A stretch of DNA of 56,997 bases, from assembly GCA_964452895.1 (NCBI GenBank), contig CAYVRY010000003.1, positions 1-56,997 on the forward strand. Reading direction: 5' to 3'. The notes below the pieces were generated by a model. It saw only the letters and a list, made by a program, of their open reading frames with translations, was not told the DNA's origin and made no database searches. The DNA is from an uncultured Halobacteriales archaeon (GTDB taxonomy: Archaea; Thermoplasmatota; E2; JACPAO01; JAHWKR01). A program made the translations under genes and the position numbers. Shown in pieces: positions 8,173 to 17,192 of this stretch; within the stretch, counting starts at the first letter, position 1, and each line of letters opens with the position of its first letter.

Positions 8173-9393
8173 TCAACGGAGTCTCCGTTTTGCATCGCGG
8201 TCGAACCGGTCACGGAACTTCTCGGCATGACGGTCCAATTGGTCGGCGTAGGCGCCCGATATCGATCCCAAAGAACGCCTTACGGAAGCCATCTGCTCCA
8301 CGTCCTCCTGGTTCAGCCGATAGGTTGTGCCCTTCAATTGCCCTTGGACTTCGAGGACGCCGACCTCGACGAGCCGGGTCAGGTCCCTGCGCAGAGTACG
8401 CTCGGGGATGGTGGGGTGAATCGCGTGGACGTCCGCGAACTTGACCCTTCGATGGGGCGAATCCTGGGCAAGCCTCGCAAACCACTGAGCCAAGCGCACC
8501 TGCCGGTCGTTGAATTCCGCAGGGAGACTTCGCTGGAACGTGAAGCGATCCAGGGCCCCTTCGAAGGTCCTCCGAACCACCCCGAGCCAATAGCGGACCC
8601 AGGGCGTGAAGTCGTAGCCGTTGGCCTCGACCTCGACCAGCGCGCCGAAATACCCTTCACGGTCGGCGTTGAACTCGTAGTCGATGAGCGCGACGCGTAC
8701 TCCGGGGTATCCCAAAACGTAAAGTTGATGCGTTGCGAGGGCGCGTCCCGTGCGGCCGTTGCCGTCCCGGAAAGGATGGATGCCCTGGAATTCATGAAAA
8801 AGCACAGCGGTGCGCACCAGGGGGTGCTCCGCCGCGTCCTGGAACCATGCCATCGCGCGGTCCAGTTCGGGCCGGACCCGGTGTGGAAGCGCAGGTACAA
8901 AGGTCACCTCCATGCGGGACCGGTCTCCGATGAAGTTGGGTTGGTCCTTGAAGCGGCCCGCATCGCGAAGCACACCATCGAAGAGTGTACCGTGAAGCGC
9001 TGCTACAGCATCGGCATCCGTCGGGAGGGTCCGGTCGGGGAGCCGTTTCATGTGCGCGACATAGTTGAGGATCTCGCGCTCGTCCGGCCGGTGCAGTGCC
9101 TCCGGTGTGGGGCCACGCTCGAGCAGGCTCTCGACCTCTTCAAGGCTGAGGGGATTGCCTTCGATGCTGGCGGTGCCAAAGGCGTTGCGCGTCAGTGCCT
9201 CTTCAGCAAGACGCCGTGTTTCCATGTCGTCCACCACGGCGCTGCGCAAACGCTCGTCGGCCCGCTCGATACGGCGTAGATCCTCGACGACGCCCGCTTC
9301 GAGCGTGTAGTGGGGTTCGAAGGTGTCGAAGATGGGTCGTCGGTGGGTCTTCCTGGTGATCCGATAGGGGCCGAAATCGACGTCAGGGGTCAT
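8173..9393 (-). CDS. Fic/DOC family protein (class II, N-terminal inhibitory helix) with C-terminal winged HTH
   Basis: Canonical Fic motif HPFRDGNGRTGR. Upstream TASIEGN fits the [ST]xxxE[GN] inhibitory motif. The C-terminal RTLRRDLTRLVEVGVLEVQG segment looks like a wHTH. Confidence 0.8.
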   Translation of the reverse strand: MTPDVDFGPYRITRKTHRRPIFDTFEPHYTLEAGVVEDLRRIERADERLRSAVVDDMETRRLAEEALTRNAFGTASIEGNPLSLEEVESLLERGPTPEALHRPDEREILNYVAHMKRLPDRTLPTDADAVAALHGTLFDGVLRDAGRFKDQPNFIGDRSRMEVTFVPALPHRVRPELDRAMAWFQDAAEHPLVRTAVLFHEFQGIHPFRDGNGRTGRALATHQLYVLGYPGVRVALIDYEFNADREGYFGALVEVEANGYDFTPWVRYWLGVVRRTFEGALDRFTFQRSLPAEFNDRQVRLAQWFARLAQDSPHRRVKFADVHAIHPTIPERTLRRDLTRLVEVGVLEVQGQLKGTTYRLNQEDVEQMASVRRSLGSISGAYADQLDRHAEKFRDRFDRDAKRRLR

Positions 9394-9537
9394 GGCCGAT
9401 ATTCTACCTTAGAGATGGCCTATAAATTTGCCTAATTTGGCCGATAAAGTGGCCGATAAAATTCTTAGCAAGTGTCAAAGCGCGGCGAGGGTTGCTAGAG
9501 CGTCAGTTTTATCAACCAGATGTGAACACCTATTCAC

Positions 9538-9849
9538 GTGAATGAATTTTCACTCTACCGCTGCCTGGGGGACCCGACCCGGTTGACGATCTTGAAGCAC
9601 CTGGCTGCCGGGGATGACCAGACGGTGACGCAGCTCGTCGAGCGAACGGGTCAGGAGCGCACCAATGTGAGCCATCATCTGTCCAAGCTGCGCGAGTGTG
9701 GTCTCGTGCGCACGCGGCCGGACGGCAAGCACACGCGTTATTCGTTGGGTCATGCCGGGTTGAAGGATCTGTTGGCCCTGAGCGGCGGCCTGGTGGAACA
9801 CATTGTGGCCGAGAACCCCGATGCCTGCATCGCGCAGGGGTGTTGTTGA
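9538..9849 (+). CDS. arsR: ArsR/SmtB family transcriptional regulator
   Basis: LGDPTRLTILKHL...VSHHLSKLRECGLV is a typical ArsR wHTH. GTG start. Its stop overlaps the next gene's ATG (TGATG). Confidence 0.8.
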   Translation: MNEFSLYRCLGDPTRLTILKHLAAGDDQTVTQLVERTGQERTNVSHHLSKLRECGLVRTRPDGKHTRYSLGHAGLKDLLALSGGLVEHIVAENPDACIAQGCC

Positions 9850-10556
9850 TGCTGGTGCGCCAGCTCGCTGCGGAATCCTTCGGGGCGTTCTGCCTGGTGG
9901 CGGTGGGCGGTTTTGCGCTTGTCGGCCTCTCCGATCAGTTGGCGCCGGTGGGCGTGCCCATCGTGTTCGGCGTCGTGATCGGCCTGTTGGTCTACACGCT
10001 GGCCCGCACCAGTGGTGCGCACCTGAACCCGGCGATCACCATCGCACTGGCCGTGACCCGACGCCATCCATGGCGGCTCGCGCCGCCGTACATCGTCGCC
10101 CAGTTCGTCGGGGGCGCGGCCGGGGCGCTCTTGGTGCGTGTCGTGGCTTCGGATCCCTTGGCCCTTTTGACCCAGCCCGCGCCGGGGCTGTCTTCCTTGA
10201 ACGCCGTGGCGATCGAGGCGTTGGCCACCGGTTTGTTGGCGTTCGTGGTCGCCTATGCAGCGGACGCCAAGACGCCGGCCGGCGACGTTCCCGCTGCGCC
10301 GATCGGTTTTGCGATCCTCTTGGGTGCGCTTTTCGCCGGCCCGTTCACCGGGGGCTCCATGAACCCCGCAAGAAGCATCGGCCCGGCTTGGGTCGCTGGT
10401 GACCCCTTGGGTATGTGGATTTATCTTGTGGGGCCCATTACCGGGGCCGTGACCGGGGCGCTGCTGCATGACTGGGTCGCCCGGAGACGAAGCAGGGCCG
10501 GCGACACCGCCAAGGTGGATGATTCCTCGACCCGGGCGCAAGGGGAGCTGGTTTGA
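9849..10556 (+). CDS. MIP-family channel (aquaglyceroporin, AqpS-like)
   Basis: Two NPA boxes (HLNPAITIA and SMNPARSIGPA) and six hydrophobic segments. ATG at 9849 overlaps the arsR stop. Confidence 0.8.
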   Translation: MLVRQLAAESFGAFCLVAVGGFALVGLSDQLAPVGVPIVFGVVIGLLVYTLARTSGAHLNPAITIALAVTRRHPWRLAPPYIVAQFVGGAAGALLVRVVASDPLALLTQPAPGLSSLNAVAIEALATGLLAFVVAYAADAKTPAGDVPAAPIGFAILLGALFAGPFTGGSMNPARSIGPAWVAGDPLGMWIYLVGPITGAVTGALLHDWVARRRSRAGDTAKVDDSSTRAQGELV

Positions 10557-10963
10557 CCGACCGACCGTTTCGCGTCCTGTTCGCATGCGTGGGTAACAGC
10601 GCACGCAGCCAGATGGCCGAAGGGTTCGCACGTTTCTTCGGCGGCGACCGGGTCGACGTACGAAGCGGCGGCAGTCGACCGCTTGGACACGTGCTTCCCG
10701 AAGCGATCCATGCGATGGATGAGGTGGGCATCGACATCAGCGGCCAGAAGAGCGAGGGTTTCGACGAGGCGTGGATCCGCGGTGCGGATCTCGTGGTGAC
10801 GATGGGTTGTGGGGAGGACGCGTGTCCGGCCTTCGTCGGCAAGCGGATCTTGGACTGGGAGTTGGAGGATCCCGCCGGCCAGGACCTGGATGCCTTCCGG
10901 CGGGTCCGGGACCGGCTCGCCATGGAGGTCCGACGCCTCATCGAGCAGGAAGGCCCGGAGTGA
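10553..10963 (+). CDS. arsC: Arsenate reductase, LMW-PTP type
   Basis: CVGNSARSQMAEG P-loop and a downstream TMGCGEDACP cysteine pair. TTG start overlaps the aquaporin stop (TTGA). Confidence 0.8.
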   Translation: MTDRPFRVLFACVGNSARSQMAEGFARFFGGDRVDVRSGGSRPLGHVLPEAIHAMDEVGIDISGQKSEGFDEAWIRGADLVVTMGCGEDACPAFVGKRILDWELEDPAGQDLDAFRRVRDRLAMEVRRLIEQEGPE

Positions 10964-11095
10964 TTGCGCATCGGCCAGGACCCACCTCTCGACAAATTGA
11001 CAATAGAATCTTAAACCAGGATGTTATTTGGCCAGATGTCGGGCGGTTGCCTGGCGTGTGGCAAGGGCGGTGTGCCCTCGGTTGGAGGCGATTGG

Positions 11096-11776
11096 ATGCG
11101 TGCAATGGGTTCGCGTGGAGTGACGACATCATGGCTGGCTGTTTTCGTGGTGCTCACCCTGGTGGCCGGGGCGTTTGTGATCGGTGCCAACGACTCCGCC
11201 GACGACCCGCGCCCGTTCGACCCCCTTTCGCGCCAGGAGGAGCAGCAGGCCATCGACATCGTCTTGGAGGACCAACACACCAACGGCGGGCTTTCACGGG
11301 ACCATGTCGTGATCGGGGCCGCGCTGTCCACCGACAAGGCACGGATCGAAACGGATCCGGATGGTCGTTATGCGGATGTGTGGATCTATGATTACGGCTC
11401 CGACGAGACCTTGTGGGCCGTGGTCTCCTTGGGCAAACAGCAACTCGTGTCGCTGGACCGCCTGCAGGATCACCAGCCGGCGATCACCTTCGGGGAAAAG
11501 CAGCGTGCTGCCCGCTTGGCGCTCGAGCACGTAGACGTGGAGGAACAACTCACCACGTGGGAACCCTATGAAGAGGTGGACTGGCTTGTCCGTTTGTGGA
11601 CCGGGCCCGGCGACACGGCCTGCCCCGTTCATCGCTGCGCACTCGTGGCGTTCCTGGTGGACGGAGAATACGAACCGGACTTCTTCGTGCGGGTGAACCT
11701 GTCACTGGGAAGGGTGGACCGGGTCCTGGACGGCGACGACGCCGATCAAAAAGACCTGAGGGAGGCCTTGCGTTGA
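11096..11776 (+). CDS. Copper amine oxidase N2/N3-like domain protein (membrane-anchored or secreted)
   Basis: N-terminal TM segment. FDPLSRQEEQQAIDIVL closely resembles the HPLDPLSxxE start of the CuAO N2 domain. There are two alpha/beta-like halves. The start is uncertain (11021, 11096 or 11105). Confidence 0.5.
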   Translation: MRAMGSRGVTTSWLAVFVVLTLVAGAFVIGANDSADDPRPFDPLSRQEEQQAIDIVLEDQHTNGGLSRDHVVIGAALSTDKARIETDPDGRYADVWIYDYGSDETLWAVVSLGKQQLVSLDRLQDHQPAITFGEKQRAARLALEHVDVEEQLTTWEPYEEVDWLVRLWTGPGDTACPVHRCALVAFLVDGEYEPDFFVRVNLSLGRVDRVLDGDDADQKDLREALR

Positions 11777-12942
11777 ACCCGCGCACCGTCTTCGCGACAA
11801 GCTGGGTGGCCCTGCTGGTCCTCTCCGGGATGGGCATGGTCGCACCGGCGGCCACCGATGACGATCACCCGGTGGAGGCCTGCTCCCAGCCGTACCATGT
11901 GTCCGGGGCAGGATGGGATTTCTGCTGGCAACAGGACGACGTGCGGGCCCAAGGCATCGAGATCAACAGGGCGTTTTTTGGCGGCGAGTCGGTGGTCTGG
12001 AAGATGGGGGTCCCGTTCACGCTCACAAAATACGAGACCACGCAGTTCGGGCCGTTCAAGGACACACTGGGCGCTCCCGCCGGCGGGGTCCCCGGTTACG
12101 GACGGGGTGCCATGGAACTGGAACCATCGGAATGCCCTCGATTCTTCGGAGGTCAGGCGCAACTGCTGAACAACGGGCGTCTGTGCGTGGAGTCACGCGG
12201 CGGTCCACAGCCCGCGGTCGCCGTTTGGGGGCGCTATGATGTCTACAATTACCAATTTCTCCAGGGATGGACCTTCGACGCGCGCGGACACATTACCCCC
12301 ATGCTCGGGATGGGTGGTCATCTGTATGACGGGTCGAACGTCGGTGCGCACGGGCACAACCACAACCACCACATCTATTGGCGCATCGACTTCGACGTCG
12401 CGGGAGCCGGGGACGACGTGTTCCAGCAGTTCCAGCGCGTCACGGGCGGGGTGCAGGGTTCCGGGCAGATCGTCGCCCTGGGGTCGTGCGAATCAAAAGG
12501 CGCAGTGGCCGCGACCGGTTGGTGCGAGGTCCCCGTGGAGTCCCAGCTGCAAAGGAACGTGCAGCTCCAGAACAAATGGCGCGTAAAAGACGCCCTGGAG
12601 ACGAACTCGCAGGGACGGCACAAGAGCTACGAGTTCGCGCTCCACTCGGACCAGGTTGCAGATGCGTTCTCCACCTTCGATGCGATGGCCGTGCAGTACC
12701 AGGGGGACACCAGGGAACTCGGATACGAGGTGCCCACGACACCGACCACGGGCGATTCCGCCTTGAACAACTACATGCTTCCACCCGGGGTCGTCGACGA
12801 CCCGGTCGTGTGGGCGGCCATGCACGTCTATCACGACACGCGGGACGAGGACCGCGGCTCCATGAGCGCCCACTGGGTGGATTTCGACATCCGGCCGAAC
12901 AATTTCAACAACCAGAACCCCGGTGAGAACACGTTCAAGTAA
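11773..12942 (+). CDS. Copper amine oxidase catalytic-domain homologue, stand-alone, with its own signal peptide
   Basis: VYNYQF at the position of the TPQ consensus N-Y-D/E-Y. HGHNHNHHIYWRIDFDVAG matches the H-x-H...R-x-D-x-x-x-D-G copper site. HVYHDTRDED...FDIRPNNFNNQNP matches the third-His/ED/RPxxFF region. TTG start overlaps the upstream stop (TTGA). Confidence 0.65.
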   Translation: MNPRTVFATSWVALLVLSGMGMVAPAATDDDHPVEACSQPYHVSGAGWDFCWQQDDVRAQGIEINRAFFGGESVVWKMGVPFTLTKYETTQFGPFKDTLGAPAGGVPGYGRGAMELEPSECPRFFGGQAQLLNNGRLCVESRGGPQPAVAVWGRYDVYNYQFLQGWTFDARGHITPMLGMGGHLYDGSNVGAHGHNHNHHIYWRIDFDVAGAGDDVFQQFQRVTGGVQGSGQIVALGSCESKGAVAATGWCEVPVESQLQRNVQLQNKWRVKDALETNSQGRHKSYEFALHSDQVADAFSTFDAMAVQYQGDTRELGYEVPTTPTTGDSALNNYMLPPGVVDDPVVWAAMHVYHDTRDEDRGSMSAHWVDFDIRPNNFNNQNPGENTFK

Positions 12943-12960
12943 GCCCGCCGGACCACAAGT

Positions 12961-13989
12961 TCAAGCCGGGCTCACCGGTGGCGGTTCGCTCGTGGATGCC
13001 ACCTCATGGTTGATCGCGACCTCGGCGATGTCGGCTGCGTATGCCGTGGTCCGCTGGATGCTTTCGATGATCAAGGCGAGATGACTGATCGCTTCGGGGC
13101 CCAGTTTGACGGCCTCTTGGAGAAGTTTTTCCTGGTCTTCCCTTTGGGCTTGCGCGTTCTGGATCACTTCGTGCGCGCCATGCGCGTCACGCTTCAGGAG
13201 GGTCGCGATCGCGCGTGCGAAGAGACTGCTCGCGGCACGTCCTTCTTTTTCCAGGTGTTTCAGGAGTGGTGTGTTGCGCTTTGCGGCGGGGATCCGGAGG
13301 GATTCGGTGGTGACCCGGTCGGCGTGGTCGGCGGTGCGTTCCACCAGGCGTGCGGCGAGAAGATAGTTCAGGGCCTGGGTCGGGGTGGTCTCCATCTTTG
13401 CGGCATAGCTCGCGTCACGCAGCATGGCGTGGTATTGTTTGTTGACGAGCCAGAAGAGCCGGTCCACTTCGTCGTCCCGGTCTTCGGACGAGGCCGAGGC
13501 CTCCTGGAGAGGTGTTTGCAGGTTACCGAAGGCTTCCTTTTGCATGGCCTGGGTGAGGATGCCCATTCGTCGCAGTGCTTTCTCGATGTGGAACTCGCGC
13601 GGATCGAGAAAATCCTGCAGGGTGACACTGTTGGTCTCCTCGTCGACGACCTCGAGACCCATGATCCGCCTTACGGCCCGACGGACCACTTCCCGGGTGC
13701 TCATGGTCAAGGGGCTTGTTCCTTGGATCTTGATCGTGTCGTAACCCATGAGGTAGGCGGCGATGATGCGGCGGAACAGGAACTCCGTCGGACCGCCGTC
13801 ATGGTCGATGCGTCGTTGGCGCGGAAGGCGGGCGCCACGGCCGTGCGCGAACAGGGTGAGGCTGCCGTCCGGGTTGTCTTGGCATCCGACGACGTCGCCG
13901 GCTGCGATCTGGGATTTTGCCGCCCACGCCTTGGGCAGGGTGACGCTGAGACTCGATCCGCCCGTCAGCTGGATTTTCCGGATGTCCAC
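12961..13989 (-). CDS. Archaeal phosphate-uptake regulator (N-terminal AbrB/SpoVT-like domain plus PhoU repeats)
   Basis: The N-terminal IQLTGGSSLSVTLPKAWA segment is an AbrB-like swapped hairpin. The C-terminal half has helical PhoU-like repeats. It is divergent from pstS. Confidence 0.7.
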   Translation of the reverse strand: MDIRKIQLTGGSSLSVTLPKAWAAKSQIAAGDVVGCQDNPDGSLTLFAHGRGARLPRQRRIDHDGGPTEFLFRRIIAAYLMGYDTIKIQGTSPLTMSTREVVRRAVRRIMGLEVVDEETNSVTLQDFLDPREFHIEKALRRMGILTQAMQKEAFGNLQTPLQEASASSEDRDDEVDRLFWLVNKQYHAMLRDASYAAKMETTPTQALNYLLAARLVERTADHADRVTTESLRIPAAKRNTPLLKHLEKEGRAASSLFARAIATLLKRDAHGAHEVIQNAQAQREDQEKLLQEAVKLGPEAISHLALIIESIQRTTAYAADIAEVAINHEVASTSEPPPVSPA

Positions 13990-14020
13990 GATAGTCCTCT
14001 CTCCGTTCTCTCCTTGACGA

Positions 14021-14060
14021 AATATATGGATTCTCTATATAGATTATGGATAGATATGGA
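14021..14060. promoter_or_regulatory. AT-rich divergent promoter region with three phased TATGGA direct repeats
   Basis: TATGGA at 14025, 14045 and 14055 (spacing 20 and 10 nt), interleaved with TATATA-like boxes, between the AbrB-PhoU gene and pstS. Confidence 0.35.
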
Positions 14061-14163
14061 GACCTATATACTCCCGGGAGGGCGAGGGAGCCCGGGGGAG
14101 GCTTCGTAGATTCCCTCGACAAGGCCTATCCATTCGCTGCACCCAGCAGATTCACAGAGAAAA

Positions 14164-15267
14164 ATGATGAGAAATAATGGGAACAAAAGAATGCGACTGT
14201 TCGTCCTGCTTGCCGTCGGGGTCGTCGTCGGCGTGGGCCTTGCCGGCTGCACCGGGGGCGATGCGATCACAGGAGGCGGTGCAAGTTTCGCGAACCCGGT
14301 GATCTCCCTCTACTCTACGGAGTACGAGGCCGCCACGGGCGAGCGCGTGAGCTACAACTCGATCGGTTCCGGAGGCGGGATCAAGGGCCACACGGACAAG
14401 GTGTTCCATTTCGCCGCTTCGGAGGCGCCCCTGAACGCGGAGCAGGAAACCGCTGCACCCGGCACCCTCACCCTCCCATTCGTGATTGGCACGGTCTCCA
14501 TGGCCTACAACGTGGAAGGCGTGGAAAACCTGCGTCTCTCCGGCGATGTGCTCGCGGACATCTACCTGGGACACATCACCCGGTGGGACGACGAGCGGAT
14601 CACCGGGCTGAACCCGGATGAGGACTTACCGGACGCCCGGATCACACTCGCGCACCGGAGCGACGGTTCGGGCACCACGTACGTCTTCACGGATTACCTG
14701 AGCAAGATCAGTCCGGAGTGGAAGGACGACGTCGGCTTCGGCACCAGTGTCTCCTGGCCCACCGGCACGGGCGGCAACGGGAACGAAGGGGTCGCCGGAG
14801 TGATCCGCAACACGCCGAATTCAATGGGATACATCGAACTGTCCTACGCGGACAGTGTCGGCCTCCCCACGGCCGCGATCGAGAACCGGGAGGGTGAGTT
14901 CGTCCCGCCGAGCCTCGAAGCGAGCACCCAGGCCGCCGCAGGCGTCGTGGATACATTACCGGCGTCCCATGAATCCTGGACCCACGTGAGCTTCACAAAC
15001 GCACCCGGGAGCGGTTCCTACCCGATCTCCTCGTTCTCCTATTACTTCGTCCACGAGGACCTGAGCGTCCTGTCCGGTTCCGGGGTGGACAAGGAGTTCG
15101 CGCAGCGGATCGTGGATTGGCTCGCGTGGACGATCACGGAAGGCCAGCAGTACAACAACGACGTGGAGAACGCACGCATCCCCGAGAGCGTGCAGCGGCT
15201 GAACCTGGAAGGCCTCGACCGGGTCCACTTCGACGAGGAACCCCTCGAGGTCCGCTACTCGATTTAG
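14164..15267 (+). CDS. pstS: Phosphate ABC transporter substrate-binding lipoprotein
   Basis: Lipobox-like LAGC after the signal peptide. GGGASFANP, SIGSGGG and HRSDGSGTT motifs are typical of PstS. Confidence 0.9.
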   Translation: MMRNNGNKRMRLFVLLAVGVVVGVGLAGCTGGDAITGGGASFANPVISLYSTEYEAATGERVSYNSIGSGGGIKGHTDKVFHFAASEAPLNAEQETAAPGTLTLPFVIGTVSMAYNVEGVENLRLSGDVLADIYLGHITRWDDERITGLNPDEDLPDARITLAHRSDGSGTTYVFTDYLSKISPEWKDDVGFGTSVSWPTGTGGNGNEGVAGVIRNTPNSMGYIELSYADSVGLPTAAIENREGEFVPPSLEASTQAAAGVVDTLPASHESWTHVSFTNAPGSGSYPISSFSYYFVHEDLSVLSGSGVDKEFAQRIVDWLAWTITEGQQYNNDVENARIPESVQRLNLEGLDRVHFDEEPLEVRYSI

Positions 15268-15288
15268 CCCGCGACCACCCCCTGACCA

Positions 15289-16299
15289 TTGGATGACGAT
15301 CGCGATGAAGGTGAACGGATCGTGACCCCGGAGGCATCCGCCGCGGATCCTGTCGCTTCAGGCCGGCACATGTCGTTTGGTCTGCTGCTGCGCAGGAAAT
15401 GGTTCCCCTGGACGATGGGTGCGTTCGCGCTTCTTGTGTGCGTGCTCGTCGCGGTGATTGTCTGGCAGCTCGCTTGGAACTCCCAGGCCGTCTGGCGACG
15501 CTGGGGGTTCGAGTTCCTGTACCGGACCCAATGGAACCCGGTGAGTGGGGAGTTCGGCGCGCTCCCCTTCATCGTCGGGACGATCCTCTCGAGCCTCATG
15601 GCGCTCCTGTTGGCCGTCCCCGTGGCCCTCGGAATCGCGATCCTGCTCTCCGAGTACATGCCCAAGGCGCTGCGCGATCCGCTCATATTCATCGTGGAGC
15701 TCTTGGCGGCGATCCCCAGCGTCGTGTACGGGCTCTGGGGGATCTTCATCCTGGCCCCCTGGCTGCACACACACGTCGTGCCCGCCGTCGCGAACAGCCC
15801 GCTGGGTGTGTTGCCGTTTTTCGGCGAACCAGGGCCGGTCTACAACCTGTTCACCGCGAGCGTGATCCTTGCGGTCATGATCCTGCCGATCATCGCGAGC
15901 CTGTCCCGCGAGGTCCTCCTCAGTGTGCCAACGGACCAGAAGGAAGCCGCCTTGGCCTTGGGGTGCACGAGGTGGGAGGCGGTGAAGAAGGTCGTGCTGC
16001 CGTATGGGCGCACGGGGCTTTTCAGTGCAGGGATCCTGGGCCTGGCGCGTGCGCTCGGGGAGACCATGGCGGTCACCATGGTGATCGGGAACCGGGTCTG
16101 GTTGGACCTCGACTTCTTCCAGGAATCCTACACGATGCCCTCGATCATCGCGAACGAGTTCCGGGAGGCCGCTTCCAACCTGCACGTGGAGGCGTTGGTG
16201 GCCGTGGGGCTCGTCCTGTTCGCGGTGTCCTTCGTGATCAACGCGACGGGGCGGTTCATCATATCGCGGTACAAACACAAGGGGGCGGGATCCTCATGA
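15289..16299 (+). CDS. pstC: Phosphate ABC transporter permease PstC
   Basis: Multi-TM protein with the permease EAA-like loop (ALGCTRWEAVKKVVLP). TTG start at 15289, alternative ATG at 15370. Confidence 0.85.
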   Translation: MDDDRDEGERIVTPEASAADPVASGRHMSFGLLLRRKWFPWTMGAFALLVCVLVAVIVWQLAWNSQAVWRRWGFEFLYRTQWNPVSGEFGALPFIVGTILSSLMALLLAVPVALGIAILLSEYMPKALRDPLIFIVELLAAIPSVVYGLWGIFILAPWLHTHVVPAVANSPLGVLPFFGEPGPVYNLFTASVILAVMILPIIASLSREVLLSVPTDQKEAALALGCTRWEAVKKVVLPYGRTGLFSAGILGLARALGETMAVTMVIGNRVWLDLDFFQESYTMPSIIANEFREAASNLHVEALVAVGLVLFAVSFVINATGRFIISRYKHKGAGSS

Positions 16300-17192
16300 G
16301 TGAGGACATCCGGCCCCTCGATCGCCCGTCGGGAATGGACAAACGCCTGCGGCTGCGCCTGGCAAGGGACCGGTTGTTCGTGATTTTGTGTGTAATCGCC
16401 CTTCTTCTGGCGGTCGGTCCATTGGTGTGGGTGCTTTGGGAGGTGGTCGTCACGGGGGCGCAGCATGTCACCTTGGAGTTTCTCACCCAGACGGCGCAGC
16501 CGCCCACGAGCTCGGGCGGCGGTTGGTCGCACGCGATCGTGGGGACCCTCGTGACGACGTTGCTGGCGGTCGCGATCGGTCTGCCCGTCGGGCTGGGGGC
16601 GGGGATCTACATGAGCGAGTTCGGGCACAACGCGCTGGGCCGGACCGCCCGCTTCCTGTCCGAGGTGCTCGCCGGGATGCCTTCGATCATCGCCGGGGTG
16701 GTGGCCTATGCGCTCATCGTGGTCGTGATGGGCCGTTTCAGCATCATCGCGGGAGCCATCGCTTTGGCGCTCTTGTTCATCCCCATCGTGGCGATCACCA
16801 CCCAGGAAGCGCTACAACTCGTGCCTCGGTCCCACCGGGAGGCCTCCTACGCCCTCGGGATGGCGGAAGCGCCGACCACGCTCAAGGTGGTCTTCCCGGC
16901 GGCCTTTGGCAACGTCCTGACGGGGATCATGATCGCCGTTGCCCGGGTCGCCGGGGAGACGGCGCCCCTGTTGTTGACGGCGTTCAACAGCCGATACCAC
17001 ATGTCGGGCCTGGACCAGCCCGCGGCCACGATCCCTGTGAACATCTACGTCTACGCGATCAGTCCGTTCGAACATTGGCACAACCAAGCCTGGGCGGGCG
17101 CCTTGATCCTGCTCTTCCTGGTACTCACCACGAACGCGATGGCCCGCACACTCTGGCAACGACGAGCCCGATTCATGAGAGGTGGAAAATGA
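16296..17192 (+). CDS. pstA: Phosphate ABC transporter permease PstA
   Basis: ATG at 16296 overlaps the pstC stop (ATGA). Multi-TM protein with the permease loop [19 protein letters not shown]. Confidence 0.85.
   Translation: MSEDIRPLDRPSGMDKRLRLRLARDRLFVILCVIALLLAVGPLVWVLWEVVVTGAQHVTLEFLTQTAQPPTSSGGGWSHAIVGTLVTTLLAVAIGLPVGLGAGIYMSEFGHNALGRTARFLSEVLAGMPSIIAGVVAYALIVVVMGRFSIIAGAIALALLFIPIVAITTQEALQLVPRSHREASYALGMAEAPTTLKVVFPAAFGNVLTGIMIAVARVAGETAPLLLTAFNSRYHMSGLDQPAATIPVNIYVYAISPFEHWHNQAWAGALILLFLVLTTNAMARTLWQRRARFMRGGK

Noticed and set aside
15399-17192. A single 597-aa ORF spanning pstC and pstA
   Set aside because: Its first 300 aa are an out-of-frame read through pstC. The real pstA starts at the ATG at 16296, which overlaps the pstC stop.
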